Of a DNA stretch of 64,000 bases, positions 1 to 11,605 are shown in pieces. The notes under the pieces were generated by a model that was not told the origin of the DNA, did not search any database, and saw nothing but the letters and a program-made list of their open reading frames with translations. This DNA is from Raillietiella orientalis (Eukaryota): contig JAYWIR010000009.1 in the NCBI GenBank assembly GCA_036172245.1, positions 3,596,001 through 3,660,000 of the forward strand. Reading direction: 5' to 3'. Within the stretch, counting starts at the first letter, position 1, and every line of letters starts with the position of its first letter. A program made the translations under genes and the position numbers.

Positions 1-1463
1 CCCATCGAGGATTGCCGCAGGGCATTGATTGAAGATAAATAAATACACAGTGCTATTCTAAGGAGCAGCACGTACCGGCCCCAAACTAAAGGGACTACCC
101 TCGATAGGAACACAACTAGGGAGATAGGGAACAAAAGGAGAAAATATCAATTCCCTGGCTTGCCCAGTGACCGACCCTTGTACATCCGTCGTGAACCAAA
201 CCTCCATGAACAACAAGGAATATGTATTTATTTATTTGATTCCTAATGTCCCCCTTGATCCATCTGTACTGAGCGTAAGTTTCTGGTACTGGCTGTCGAC
301 TTGCGTGCCGGCGTTCTCCGACTCGCTCCTCCAGGGCACGTGAACGCATGTTTACCTGCTTTGAATAAACTCCCCAGAGTGGCCAAGTTTAAAACAACGG
401 GGAAGCGCTGCAAAATAAAGAGTACATTCCTCCATGTAGTCCCAGAGCTTCTAAGTTAATCGCGACTCCTTCAAAGCTATTTATTCCGTAGCAACTTGGC
501 ACCCCTGATTCCAGATTGCTATTCGAAGCAAGCAACGGGGTTACCTTCGAATCGATAGACTTGGAACGAAAGTCTGCTCATGATCTTCATTCATACCTAC
601 AACCAATTATCTGCTGGTGGAATGAATGCAACAATGATGATATTACTGATACCCGGTGTGAACGGCGTGCAGCTTCGATTTCAATTCATTAATGGCGTGT
701 TAGTCGTTGAATACGTGAATATCGTTTGTAGGTACCTACCTCACCATTCGTTTCTGTTCCTTCTGCATGTGTCTAAGAATGTATCTGGAAGTTTCTGTAA
801 ATAGAGGAGAACAGTTCTCAGGATTCGCCACTTCCTCCATAAAGTTCTCTCCCTTCTCTTTCATCAGTACGCACAAACGAGGATACTGTTCGCCTTTTCT
901 CTCCCCCCCCCCCCCCTATCGCATCTTCCTTCAAATTCTCCAGAGCTTTCCCGCCATCGGGAGTCGAGAACCAGCAGTCGCAGAAGCGCAGCAGACCGCA
1001 GTTGAACGAGGAGAAAAGTCGGCGAGAATTCCTCGATACCTCCGCGAATTCCCTCCATTTCCTAGTCATTTGGTTCCGCAACCCACGTGCTGCGCCTAAA
1101 GCTCTATGACGAGCTCCATAATCTATTTCTTCCTCCATAAAGATGCTTCTAGCCAGGGAGGCGACGGTAGCCAAACCAATGGATTCCTGTGTAACAGCAT
1201 TTCTGAGTGGAAATTTTTTTTTTTTTTTTTGCGCCGCGAAATCGGAGAAGAGCGATGAACGAACGCTAAGACACTTGAACTTCAAATTGCATGCGACTCT
1301 TCGTCTCTGGCGGAGGTTTATAGATGCAGGACGCTCTCATCCTGGTGATGTGGACATCAGCCTTCGCTTTCAATCTACAATAACGGGTGGCTGAGTGGGT
1401 CGTTGGCTCTGTGCGCCGAAGGAATTTTAAGCAAACTCGTGTACTTCAACGACTAAGTGTTCC

Positions 1464-1498
1464 CGCTTCTCGGCCTTTTGGCTAAGATCAAAATGTAG
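1464..1498 (+). pseudogene. U2: U2 snRNA 5' fragment (about nt 3-37)
   Basis: CGCTTCTCGGCCTTTTGGCTAAGATCAAAATGTAG matches the conserved U2 5' end ATCGCTTCTCGGCCTTWTGGCTAAGATCAAAGTGTAG. The rest of U2 (TATCTGTTC...) does not follow. Confidence 0.9.
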
Positions 1499-4400
1499 AC
1501 GTCAAAGTGAGAGAAAGTGGCGGCAGGATCATGGCCGCCCCCATGGTTGCTTGTCTCTCGCGATGAGGAGAAAGCGCGCTCCTGTAGAATTCGATGCTGG
1601 TTGTAAATGTAACTCGAATTATAGCCCCGTGATGGGAAGCTATTCCTTCCGAAGCAATTGCTTTTTGGGGATTTCAGGCAAAAAAAAAAAAAAGATGGCG
1701 GTGGTGATCTCCTTGGTTACTTGGTGTTCCGACTTTCCGATCCTATTGTTGGCGCATTCATTGTTGAACAACGCTGGCTCCAATTTACGCTTCCGGTTTT
1801 TGTTTTTTTTTTTGGCTTTTTCCTTTCTGAGGAAAATTGCTCACTGCTGCGCGCCCGACGTTTCCCGAAGAAAAGTTTTCGGGAAGATGCGCAGACACGC
1901 CGCGCTTTCAGACGGTATCTCTGGGTCAGCCCCGCACCAGAAGCATGCCGGAAGGGCCTATTCTCCTTGAGAGCGAACGAGGCTGCTTGGGAGCTCTTCA
2001 AGGACCGTTGGTACGATTCACCCAGCATCCCACTCTGCCGAAACGGCGCATCCAGGTTGCAAACATCGTAGAGTGTCTGGAAGGGACAACGTCTGGGATT
2101 TCCTGCGGACGGGACAAGCCATTCCTTTTATATCGAACCGCCATCGGAGTGTGACGTGCGCTGTCCTTGCTGCTCCGCGCGATTCTTCAAGTTGTAGAAG
2201 ATACGTTTTAATCTTCACCGGAAGCGAGGGAACGCGGAACACTTTTATGAGTCACCACATGGAGAACGACTCCCAGTGGATATTCCAGATCATGCGAAAC
2301 CGGAAATCTGCCTTTGTCGAACCAACCAGCAGGAAGACGGAAAGAGGGGATACCAGGAGCGACTAGCTGCAAAACAACTCATTTCCATGAACTCCTCGGT
2401 GCGTTCCCCGCGCGCCTGTGGGGCACGCACCGTAGTCTTCCAAGGAAGCTCCAGAGCCCTCCTCTTCCTCGGATTGCACTGTGTACGATAAGAATCTACT
2501 CGGATGGCGCTCCGACGGTTTCACCTCCCCGGACGTCTTCCCCCTGCTAATGCGCTTCCGGCTGGACAACACCGAAGGTCGCTTTCCAGGATTATGCAGG
2601 GAACCTTCTCTCCCCCTCGCCAACTGCAGACCTTCGCAGCCTGCTGATCGACCGCGCGTGTATCACCTGGAGCGGACCAGACTTCCGGGAGACTCGAAAC
2701 CTGCCTTCCGTGTTTCCAGGGACCCTCCTCCTCGCGCCATCTTCCGGCCGGCTGCATCCTTCCTGCAAGCGAAATGAAATCCTTGCTGGTCCACCGGTCC
2801 CTCGGATGCAGATGTAGGCGACAGCTCGCAGGCACGCCTGCTCCCCTCCTGCACTCGGGAGGGAGAGTCATTCCCTTCGGTTTCGAGTTCTCCCTGCTGA
2901 CCGTTCCGAAAATGTCTCGTTGCAGCCTCCCCGAGATCTCCTTCCGAGATGAAACCCTGAATGCGTGCTCGTTAGGGAAGCCCATCAGTTCCGGCAGGGA
3001 CAGCACACGGACAGCACATCGTTTCGCTTACGTGCTCCCTCTGCAACGTTTCCCAGAGTGAATTCCGTCCCACGGCTTATGGGTGGGAAAGCTCCCGCAC
3101 GACCAGCTCCGCCTGGCGTATGTGAGATTCTGCTGCGCTCCCCATCCGCCTGGGTTCGGAGATTTGCTCCCCGAGCACAGAACCATCGGAGGGAATTACT
3201 GGCGCTGCGCCTCACGTGCCCCGGAGGAATCGCGGAAGACTTACCGATGGCCGGCCTCTCCCCCCCCCCTCGAGCCACTTCGCCAAGCTTCGCTTCTTCC
3301 CGGAGCAACTCCAGACCACAACAGGATTCGCCCTTTCGAACCTCTGCATTCGGCGAACTTGATCCCCTCATCCTCGCGAAATTCCTTCCGGATGTCGTAA
3401 GACGGGATTCCTCGAAGCCGCAGGCTCGAAGATCCGCCGCGATCTCCACGGAACTCTCACTATCTCCTGCAAATCCGTTCACTTTAGCATTAAATCATCA
3501 AGTTATTTCGGAGTATTTGGACAGCCAGGTCTCCTCGTTTCGATATATCGCAATAAAATAGGGCGGCGAAGGAAAATAGGATGACAGGAAAATAGTATCC
3601 GACTCGATCAGATGCCCGGAAACGTTTCTTCTACGACCGGGGGGAGAGGGGAGAAGCAGCCGCTCTCGAGGAGCGGAAATCTGTAAGCAACTCTGCGAAG
3701 GCCCCCCCTGCAGACTCGGAGCTAAGCTACCAAAAAATTGGTAATTACGTCCTCCGAAGCGAAATCTTGAGGAGGACCAAACGAAAAACACCCGGTCGTT
3801 AAATCTGAATAATCGAAACCGTAAAAGGGACTTGGAGCACGTGCAAATGCCCTCGTGATTGGCTCCAGGGAAGAAGTCGTCGCCGATTATGAAGTCTGCG
3901 TTGGTCTCTGCAAGCGATGGAAAGCTCCGCGGTCTTTCGCTTGCTGCACGAGCTCGGGAAGCCAACATCCTTGCGCCGAGGCTTCGGACGCGCACGCACG
4001 CACTCTTGGAGGAATGCTCGTCTGCCGCCGCTTGCCCTGTTCCCTTCCTGCAGCCCGAGGGAGACGCTGGCGCCAAGTGACCGAGTCACGGGTCAGGTCG
4101 TGTGCGGAGTCCGGGCCGCGCTGCGGATTCACCTGTTCGCTCGCCGGGTCTGCCCTACTTCCGCCCCCCCACAGCTGCCGCCGGTCGAGTGGGTTCGTCA
4201 GGAACATCCTTGCCGCAGGGTTGCCCCTGACTAACCCGCTCGAACCGCGAGTGCACAGAGAACGGCTCCTTGCTGCACGTCGCCGCTACTGCCGAGAGAC
4301 CTTCGTACGACCCTCGACCTCGTTCCAGAACGCATTCCTAAGAAGTCCCCATTCGAAGAGGGGTTTCGTCTCTTGGCTGCTGCCAGGACGCAGCCCAGTT

Positions 4401-5040
4401 TGCCCGAGCCAGTTCTCGGTGAAGCTCAGAAAATTGTTAAGGAGGCATCAGGGGGAAAGCTCAGGGACGCATTGAGCACAGAGGCGAGATTCGAAAGCAC
4501 TCATCAGAGAACAGACGGCAACGGCATGTTTACTGCCGCTGTCCGGAGTCTGCAGATGGATGAAGATGTTTGCTCTGAGGAGCAGGAATGGTGTTCCTCC
4601 AAAGAACGCGGCGAACCCTCTTGCTCTTCTAGGAAGGAAGCCGGTGACATCCGTTCGCAGGAATCCGTTGCGTGTTGCCTTAGGCAAGGCTCGAGTCCTC
4701 ATCCAAGGACTCACGTGGGTTGTCGCATCGCTTCTTCCGCTGCCGCAACGTCCAGCATCCTTTCCATGTCGATGCTCCTTCCCCCGGTCTCTGCTGCACC
4801 GAAGGGGGGGTAGGGGATGTGGAACGCACCTTCGAGAGCTCCAGTGAAAAGAGCAAAGACGCCTTCCTCGATAATGAAAACCATGATGGAGTAGCGAGAC
4901 GTGCTGGCGTCTCGCCAAGATCTCGAAATGTTTCCGTCCGGCCAGGTCATTGTGGAAAGAAAGTCAGCGAGTCATTCGTCCGTGCTTCAAGAAGACTTTT
5001 CGATGAACAAATCGACCCAAATAATGTGACTGGTCAGACT
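1499..5040 (+). mobile_element. Decayed Utopia-like (RLE-clade) non-LTR retrotransposon, 5' and RT portion
   Basis: Starts immediately after the U2 fragment. Cys-rich zinc-finger-like remnants (VRCPCCSARF ~2155; HIVSLTCSLC ~3015). RT-like remnants: LAPRLRTRTHALLEE (~3970) and ARRRYCRETFVRPSTSFQNAFLRSPH (~4275-4350, resembling ARR..VAWLDL.NAFGSVPH). Many frameshifts. Confidence 0.55.
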
Positions 5041-5102
5041 TGAGCGCTTATGATCCCTTGCGACTGGGTCTACTGAGATGAAAACGATCGAAGATCCGAG
5101 AG

Positions 5103-5140
5103 TCGCTTTCTCGGTCTTTTTGGATAAGATCAAAGTGGAG
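5103..5140 (+). pseudogene. U2: Second, more degenerate U2 snRNA 5' fragment
   Basis: TCGCTTTCTCGGTCTTTTTGGATAAGATCAAAGTGGAG aligns to the U2 5' end with a few substitutions and indels. Confidence 0.8.
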
Positions 5141-5520
5141 CACTTGGAACATGGGACCCCGGCAATGATGCTGCGTTACGCGAGTTAGGAGTCCTCAGAA
5201 AGTGCTCAGACGAAATGAGGCACCTTATTGTGGCCTCCTGTATCCGGCACACTGGAGACATTTATTGGAGACGGGACGTCCGAGCATCTGCTCGGACGTC
5301 CCTTCCTTCGAACGAGAGACGGAGATCAGTCGAGGCATCTTTTAGACGAAGAGAAAGACATTCTGCGAGCAGAAATAGAGGAACATCCAGAAGGATAAAG
5401 TCTATGGGTCTCTAATCCTTCATCTTCCTTACGGATGAAGAGATTTCTCAATGCAGTAAGGCCAGACGAGAAAAAGAACTCGAATGAGGGGACACTGCCC
5501 AGCTAATGGCAGGGTTCGCC
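5141..5520 (+). mobile_element. Severely 5'-truncated Utopia-like element (RLE C-terminus plus 3' UTR)
   Basis: Translates GALGTWDPGNDAALRELGVLRKCSDEMRHLIVASCIRHTGDIYWRR, the GALG.W / MR.L..S..I..SRDIY-type C-terminus of NeSL/Utopia RLE domains. The downstream UTR resembles 6190-6275. Confidence 0.8.
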
Positions 5521-5559
5521 GATTTCCGATCCACGCAAGCACGAAAACTAAAATCTTTT

Positions 5560-6275
5560 GCCAATACATGGTTTGGCAAGAAGGCCGGTCCTGCCGAAAG
5601 TGTGGCTTATGGACAAGGTAACATCGTATCTTGAATCACTGTAAGAGACACTCCTCCCAATACAGCCCTCAGACACAACAGCATGACAGACAAGCCGCCT
5701 CCAACGTAGAGGGATGGATATGAAATCCGAAAACAGACGAATCCTGGAAACCAACTCAGCATTGCGTCCGGATTGAGTTGCTCCAGAAGGGCAAGTGCCT
5801 GGTCATCTTGGATGCAGCTTGTCCATACGAAAATAGCGAATCTGCATTCACTGAAATCAGACAGGAAAGGAGAAAGGAAATGTTAAGAAATAGCCCAGCA
5901 GCTAGCAAGAATGGGGTGCTTATCCAAGGTCCAAGACATCATTGTAGGCTCTTCAGGAGCATGAGAGCCATCAGAGTGAACTTGGAATGCCAAAACGGCG
6001 CGCTAAGAAGATGAGGCACCTGATGATCGCCTCAAGTATCCTCTGCAGTCGCGACATTTGCTGGATGCATCGATTGGAGCACCTACTAAAGACTTACACA
6101 TAATCGAAAGAGGAAAAGAGAAAGAAGACTCAATCCCGGAAGAATAATCACCATCCTCATTTGTATCTCGGCTCCTGGACGAAAGATATTGAAGAGATTC
6201 CTCAAGGTTGCCGTTTCAGTAAGGCCAGATGCGAAGAACTCAAATGCGAGAATATCGCCTAACAAACGACAAGGA
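5560..6275 (+). mobile_element. Utopia-like 3' fragment with CCHC knuckle, RHN motif and PD..D endonuclease
   Basis: Frameshifted remnants: CRKCGLW...ILNHCKRH (~5592-5650), RHNSM (~5671), RPD...LVILDAACPYENSESAF (~5765-5850) and MRHLMIASSILCSRDICWMH (6011-6070). Confidence 0.8.
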
Positions 6276-6299
6276 ATGGACCAACAATTGTCAAGGTTC

Positions 6300-6896
6300 A
6301 GATACTGCTAGTGGTCTCTCTCGGTGGCTAGGAGCCAAGCAACGATGGAGCTCTACAGGAGCCAGTAATTTCATTATGGTACACCGAAAAAACATTAGGC
6401 AACTCATGGTTGCAACCGGTGTAGCCGTGACGCTTTCTGTATCCCATAGAGTGGGGTACAGAATGCGACCAGAGGACGTTGATCACCTAGTCCAAGCTGC
6501 AAACGGAATGGAATCTCGAGAGATTCCTCAGGGTTGCTGCGGTGGCAGGTACCAGAAGACCTCTGCCTACTCATTTCAATCCAGAAACCTGAGATGGACC
6601 GACCATTTCTTGTGCCGTGCCTTTCGATCCCTCTCGCTACCACAGAATTCAGCGGTCTTCCGACTCGCGCAGCCACAAGAACTCCATACACATGTGGCTT
6701 GCGAGCGGAGTCAACGTCTCAGGGAGTGACTACCTGCCGACGGCGATCGCGGCTCTTCGCCACCTACTGGAGACAAGAAGCGCAGCTGAAAAAGGACTGA
6801 GTGGAGGGTGCCCTTCTTTGCATTTGTTTTTTTTTCGCGCGTGTGTGTGTGTGTGTGTTTGTTTGCAATGAACGCCCCGGAGTGTCTGGGTTGTAA
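6300..6896 (+). mobile_element. Degenerate LINE 3' end terminating in the conserved hairpin motif
   Basis: Ends in AATGAACGCCCCGGAGTGTCTGGGTTGTAA (6867-6896), a variant of the terminus on other L1/Tx1-like relics. Preceded by LPTAIAALRHLLETR and a T/GT-rich UTR. The 5' limit is a guess. Confidence 0.45.
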
Positions 6897-7727
6897 CAGA
6901 AACAGAGCGGATGGGGAAGAATGGGGGCATATAAGGAGCTTTGCAGCTCCCCCTCGTACCCAAGTGTTTCTCCCTTTGTTGAGTTCCTTGCCATCCATCG
7001 AAGGTCTGCGATGAGTCTGCAGTCAACCTGCAACTGCAAATGCAGAGCGCTGGTTCAAAAATAACTCAAGGAGCAACGAGTCTGTCTTGACTTCCCGGTG
7101 ACCTCGAGCATTTCCGCCGCGCGCATGCCTCCATTATGACCAAGAAAGGTGTAGGGGGTGGGGAGGGCATCCCGGCACGCAGGGGATGCAGCGAGTCACA
7201 TGGAAAGCGCAGACGCGCGTTCGAAGCACCTGACAGAGAGGGAAAACTGGGGTTCGATCTGGAAGATCGGAATCGCATCGGGCAGTTGCAAAGGAGGAGT
7301 TCTCTTTGCACTGATGTCTGCGGGGTCCACCCAAGATGCCGGCAAACGTCTCCGTCCAGCGTTCCGGAGGAGCGGCGAAAAGTTTCGTGTGCTCACGAGG
7401 CCTGTTGAGGCCGTCGGGCCTGAACCCGGGTTCCCGGGAACGGCCTTGTCAACGGCAGCGGAGTCGGAGTGGAAGCAAGACAAAAGCGAGGATCATTCTA
7501 ACCTTTGATCCCAGACAACGGCAGCGGCTCCCACACGGGAAGTCCGCTGGTGGATAGCGGGTCTTCCGGGAACGGGAGGAACCTTTCGGGAGAATTCTGC
7601 TGGAGTCCTGCAAGACCTCCTCACACACCCCGTAGGGCTGAGCCCCCCAGCGGAATCCATTCCCTCCCTCCCTCCCTGCACCTCCCCGCCGGAAAGAATG
7701 TGTTTCCAGAAACTCGGAAAATCTTAC

Positions 7728-8018
7728 CATCCAGAACATGCACGTGCACCTGAGCAGCCTGCACGTAGGAGACGCAGCATGTGTAGAGGCCGCTGTCCTT
7801 CAGCTGGACGTTGTGCACCAGAATTCTGCCGATGTTCTCCTCCCTGTCGGTGATTATGGAGATGCCTCCTCTCGTGGCATTGACGAGATGGAGGTCGTTG
7901 TGGAACCACTGGATCTGTTCCTCCAGCGTCTGGACGTCTTCCAGTATGCACGTGAGGTTGAGGTTGCTGCCTATGCGCAGAAAGACTTCTTGGGATCCGA
8001 GGATGTGGGCGCGGCTGT
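7728..8018 (-). CDS. dpr-family Ig-superfamily protein, exon encoding the second Ig domain
   Basis: SRAHILGSQEVFLRIGSNLNLTCILED...IQWFHN...RGGISIITD...LVHNVQLKDSGLYTC...VHVHVLDG. Acceptor ccttccag and donor G|gtaag; 291 nt, phase 1 to phase 1. Confidence 0.92.
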
Positions 8019-8476
8019 CTGGAAGGATGTGCACTCAGCATGAGAAGATCGGGGTCAGAAGTGGCAGGAGAGAGGTCGCTGCATCGATCAGCGGCTGCGC
8101 AGGGTGGAGGAGAACCGAGCAGGAGGAAGGAAGGAGGTCATCCTGGCTCGCCTGCCGCCGAAAGACGAGGGGAAAAAAAACCAGGATTTTACCGCGGACC
8201 GCTGGCCTCGAGCGTCGAACTCTGGGCAGCCGGACCTCTCAAAGAACGGAGAGCGCCAATCGACTCCTCCCCCATGCGAAGGGAAGACAAAGGGAAGATT
8301 CTTCCTTGTTCCTTAACACAGAACAAAAGGGGGCGGAGGGAGGAAGGAACGATCGGCAGGAACGTCCGGCGACGATGAACCGCCGTCGCAGAGACTCCAG
8401 CACAGGCAAATGAAAAGAAGTGCACTGCACGTTAGAAGCCGCGTTTTCATTATCGGGGGTTTTGGTTGCCCGCGTT

Positions 8477-9175
8477 GGTGGTCCTGCACCTGCGGTCTCC
8501 GCGTGTGGTGCCAAGCGGCGCGGGTTCCAATCGCACCCAAAGGATCGACGCCAGAAAAATGAAGGGTGCGTCGTAGGTTTCGAGTGCCCTCCCCCCCGCA
8601 AGATGACAATGGTTGGCCTGAGGTCTTCTGGATGCCCCCTTTGACTAACCGGGATCGGAAGCTGACTCTCGGAGGTCCTTTTAGGAAGCAACGAGCGCCG
8701 GTTCCCTTCGGGGGTTGATTCCCTCCGGTTGTGAGGATAGAGTCATCCATCTCGTACCATGGAGTTGGTTAATTGACACTTCTCCAGAGTATCAAGAAGT
8801 GCGCTGCTCCCCCTTCAGAGAAATTGGGGAGCGGGCCTTCGGGGTTCTCTTCAGAGGAGGGAACAGGAGCGGATCCTTGTGGGGGGGGTCCCTCCAGAAA
8901 AGAAATTCCAGGAGTGAATCCTTTTCCGGGTTCCCTCCGGAGAAGAAACGAGAGGTCCCTCCAGAGAGAACAAGAAAGAGGTCATTCCAGGGCTCCCTTT
9001 CAGGAATACGAGGAAAAGACTTCTCCTTCCGAAGCCTTCCTAAATTCATAGGGTGGTCCCTCCAGGGTGACATCCTACAACTGGAAGGGTGACACGCACC
9101 CTCGGGTGGCGTGGACAGTGTTCAAGAGCTCCATGAGCCCCTATGGCGGACGGTTCCTTGATTGCTCAGCTGACC
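8477..9175 (+). mobile_element. tRNA-headed ~700-bp SINE-like repeat, copy A (in dpr intron)
   Basis: Head ...GCGGTCTCCGCGTGTGGTGCCAAGCGGCGCGGGTTCCAATC with a B-box-like motif. Body is homologous to the seven other copies (e.g. CCCTTCGGGG hairpins, TTCTCTTCAGAGGAG). Confidence 0.75.
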
Positions 9176-9474
9176 TGATGAGTGTGCTAAAAATAGGCGC
9201 TGATGAAGAGCGAGAGCACTTCCGCTTAAATGACCGTCCCTCGCGCCGTCGGACCTGGAATCGCGATCGTTTACTTCCGCCGAAAGAAACTGCACGGCGA
9301 TGCCATGACAACTGTTCCACGGAGGGTTCCCGAAGCGAGCCCAGTCATGGTGCATCCGCACGACCTTGGCTGTCGGCGACTTTACAGGGAGGCAGACAAG
9401 CCGATGAGACCCTCCCCTAGCATCCGCGGCGACCCCCAGCAACGGACAAAGGAGAGTTGGAGGCAGAAACTTAC

Positions 9475-9685
9475 GAAGCACGTAAAGGGAGAACAGGAGG
9501 CTGATCTTCGGCTCCGTGTTGATCTGGCACTCGTATTCCCCGGAATCCTCCACGGCGACCGAAGTTATCGTCAGCATATAGTCACCGGTCGTGCCGTCGA
9601 AGTGCGGATGGAACCGGGAGTTGAAGATGTACGTCAGCAGACCGTTGCTGAGGATGTGGAGATCTTTCTTGCGTATCCAGGACAC
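9475..9685 (-). CDS. dpr-family Ig-superfamily protein, exon encoding the C-terminal part of the first Ig domain
   Basis: VSWIRKKDLHILSNGLLTYIFNSRF...YMLTITSVAVEDSGEYECQINTEPKISLLFSLYVL is the dpr signature VSW.R..DLHIL....TY...RF...DSG.YECQ..TEPK. Acceptor ttccag, donor C|gtaagt; 211 nt, phase 0 to phase 1. Confidence 0.94.
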
Positions 9686-10983
9686 CTGGAACCACACGAA
9701 ACGGTCAGGTCTTGGTCGGCAACCGCTTCCCTCGCTACAGAGCGCCGACAACCAGCAAGCGGATCGAATTCGCGACGCCAGAAGATATTTTTGACCCGTG
9801 GAACGGAAATGACCGCTGGGTGCCACCTTTCCAAGGCCAGTCCTGCCTGCCTGTGTCGTGTTCGTATTCCCGGACGGTTGTCGAGCACATCGAGCGAAGC
9901 AACGGCGGGAAGGGGGGAAAGGAGCGGCCTTTGCCTCTCTCTCCTAGGAAAACCTTCATGTCTTGCTTCTCTTTGTTCTTTTTTTGGTTCATCGAGCGCA
10001 CTGCAGATTCCATGGCATCCTGATGTTCATTTAACATGAATTACAGCACATGGAGTTCCGATCGCCACACGCAGTTGCTCGAGGAGGCTGCGTCCCATCA
10101 CAGGACTCAATAAATCTCTGGGTTTTCCTTTCGAAGAAGCTTCGCCGTTGAGAGGATGACGTCACCACGACCGAGCGTTCCGCGCCGAACGCGATCGACG
10201 CTAATGATCGGCGGCACTTCCGTTTCCGAAAAGTTTCTCGAGATCGCCCCCTCCCTCCCCCTCTCCCGGGTTGTGCAGGTCGCGCGAAGCTCGCCGGAAG
10301 CCGGATACAGGAGATACGTGAGGCACGGCCTGGCCGTCTCAAACGGAAGCGCGAAAACAATTTGCTTGCCGGGAGCAAGAATCCCTTATCCCGAATGCTT
10401 TGATTTCCTCCCGTCCCCTCCCTCCCTTCCGTTTCGTTTGCAGGAAAGCGAGCACTTCCTGCCCGGTCCGAGGACTTCCCCGCCGTTTAACTCCGCTTGA
10501 AGGGGCCGAGGACTCAGCCCCCCCTGCGGCAGCGGTTCGCTCCCGTTTCCACGAGCTTCCAGCGGATTCTAAGCTGACCGACGAAGGGGACGAGTCCGCT
10601 CCCTGGGTCCTCCACATTAGGGAAAGCCGCGGGGGTCCCTCCAAAATCTGGGAGCGAAACGTCTGCGAGACCCGAACCTCGGTGCAGCGGAGGTGGCCGT
10701 CAGTTGGAGATGCTGGGCAACGCCCCTGCTCCACAGAGAAGCCGTGTTCCGGGAGCAAACATCCCTCGGGACGAACTCCGCGGGAGAGCCTCTCAGATCC
10801 ACCGACCCAACGGTTACCCTCCTGCGACCTCAGGACGACTGGCGCGAAGCAGCAATGAGAGTTCGAAGAGAACAGGGCATTCCGTGGAAGAGGAAAACGA
10901 GTCCAGGGAACGCGCCAAATAGTTCAAAGTGGAACAGCCATCGAAAATGAAACCTCACGCAATGCTGTCCACCTGGAAAGGAT

Positions 10984-11605
10984 GGCCCGCGCAGTTGGCC
11001 TCCGCGCACAGCGCCATAGCGTCGCGGGTTCGAATTTCTCCAGAGAAAGGATCGCTGCCGAGAAATGAAGGGTGCGTCGTGGGTTACGAGTCCTCCTGCA
11101 AGATGCCCCGTTGACTGTCCGAGGTTGGAAGTTAATCCTCTGGGTCCTTCCAGGAATCAAAGAGTCGTTCCCTTCGGGGTTACCCTCCGGTCGTGCAAAT
11201 GTGGCCATCAACCCCCGCTGAGGGGGACCCTTTATCGCATACCAGAGAGCTGGCTGATACCCCCCTCAGAGGGTTGCCTTTCCAGAGCATCAGAAGCGCG
11301 CTGCTCCTTAGGGGAGCGCTCTTCAGAGAAATCTGGAAGCGTCCCTTCGGGGTTCTATTCAGAGGACACAAGGAGCGATTCCCTTGCTGGGGCTCCCTCT
11401 GGAGAAGAAATAAGGAGTGTTCCCCTATGAGGAATTCCTTCAGAGACAACTAGGACGAGGGTTCCCCAACCAAGCGTAAGAGGAGCGGACTCCTTCCTCC
11501 GGAGCTTTCCTGGATTCATAGGGTGGTCCCTTTCCGGGGTTATTCTCTAACTGGAAGAGTGGGGGGAACAGTGTCGAAGCCTCGAGCCTCGGCGAACGAC
11601 CTTTG
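10984..11605 (+). mobile_element. tRNA-headed SINE-like repeat, copy B
   Basis: GGGTTCGAATT B-box at ~11026, then GGGTGCGTCGTGGGTT and a body collinear with copies A, C, E and H. Confidence 0.75.

Noticed and set aside
375..507. Possible MITE with CAGRG..GCCAAGTT terminal inverted repeats
   Set aside because: The arms match at only 12 of 15 positions and no TSD is visible.
6730..6765. Candidate terminal dpr exon (GGEEPRSPSA) on the minus strand
   Set aside because: It lies in what appears to be a plus-strand LINE 3' end, and no hydrophobic anchor follows.
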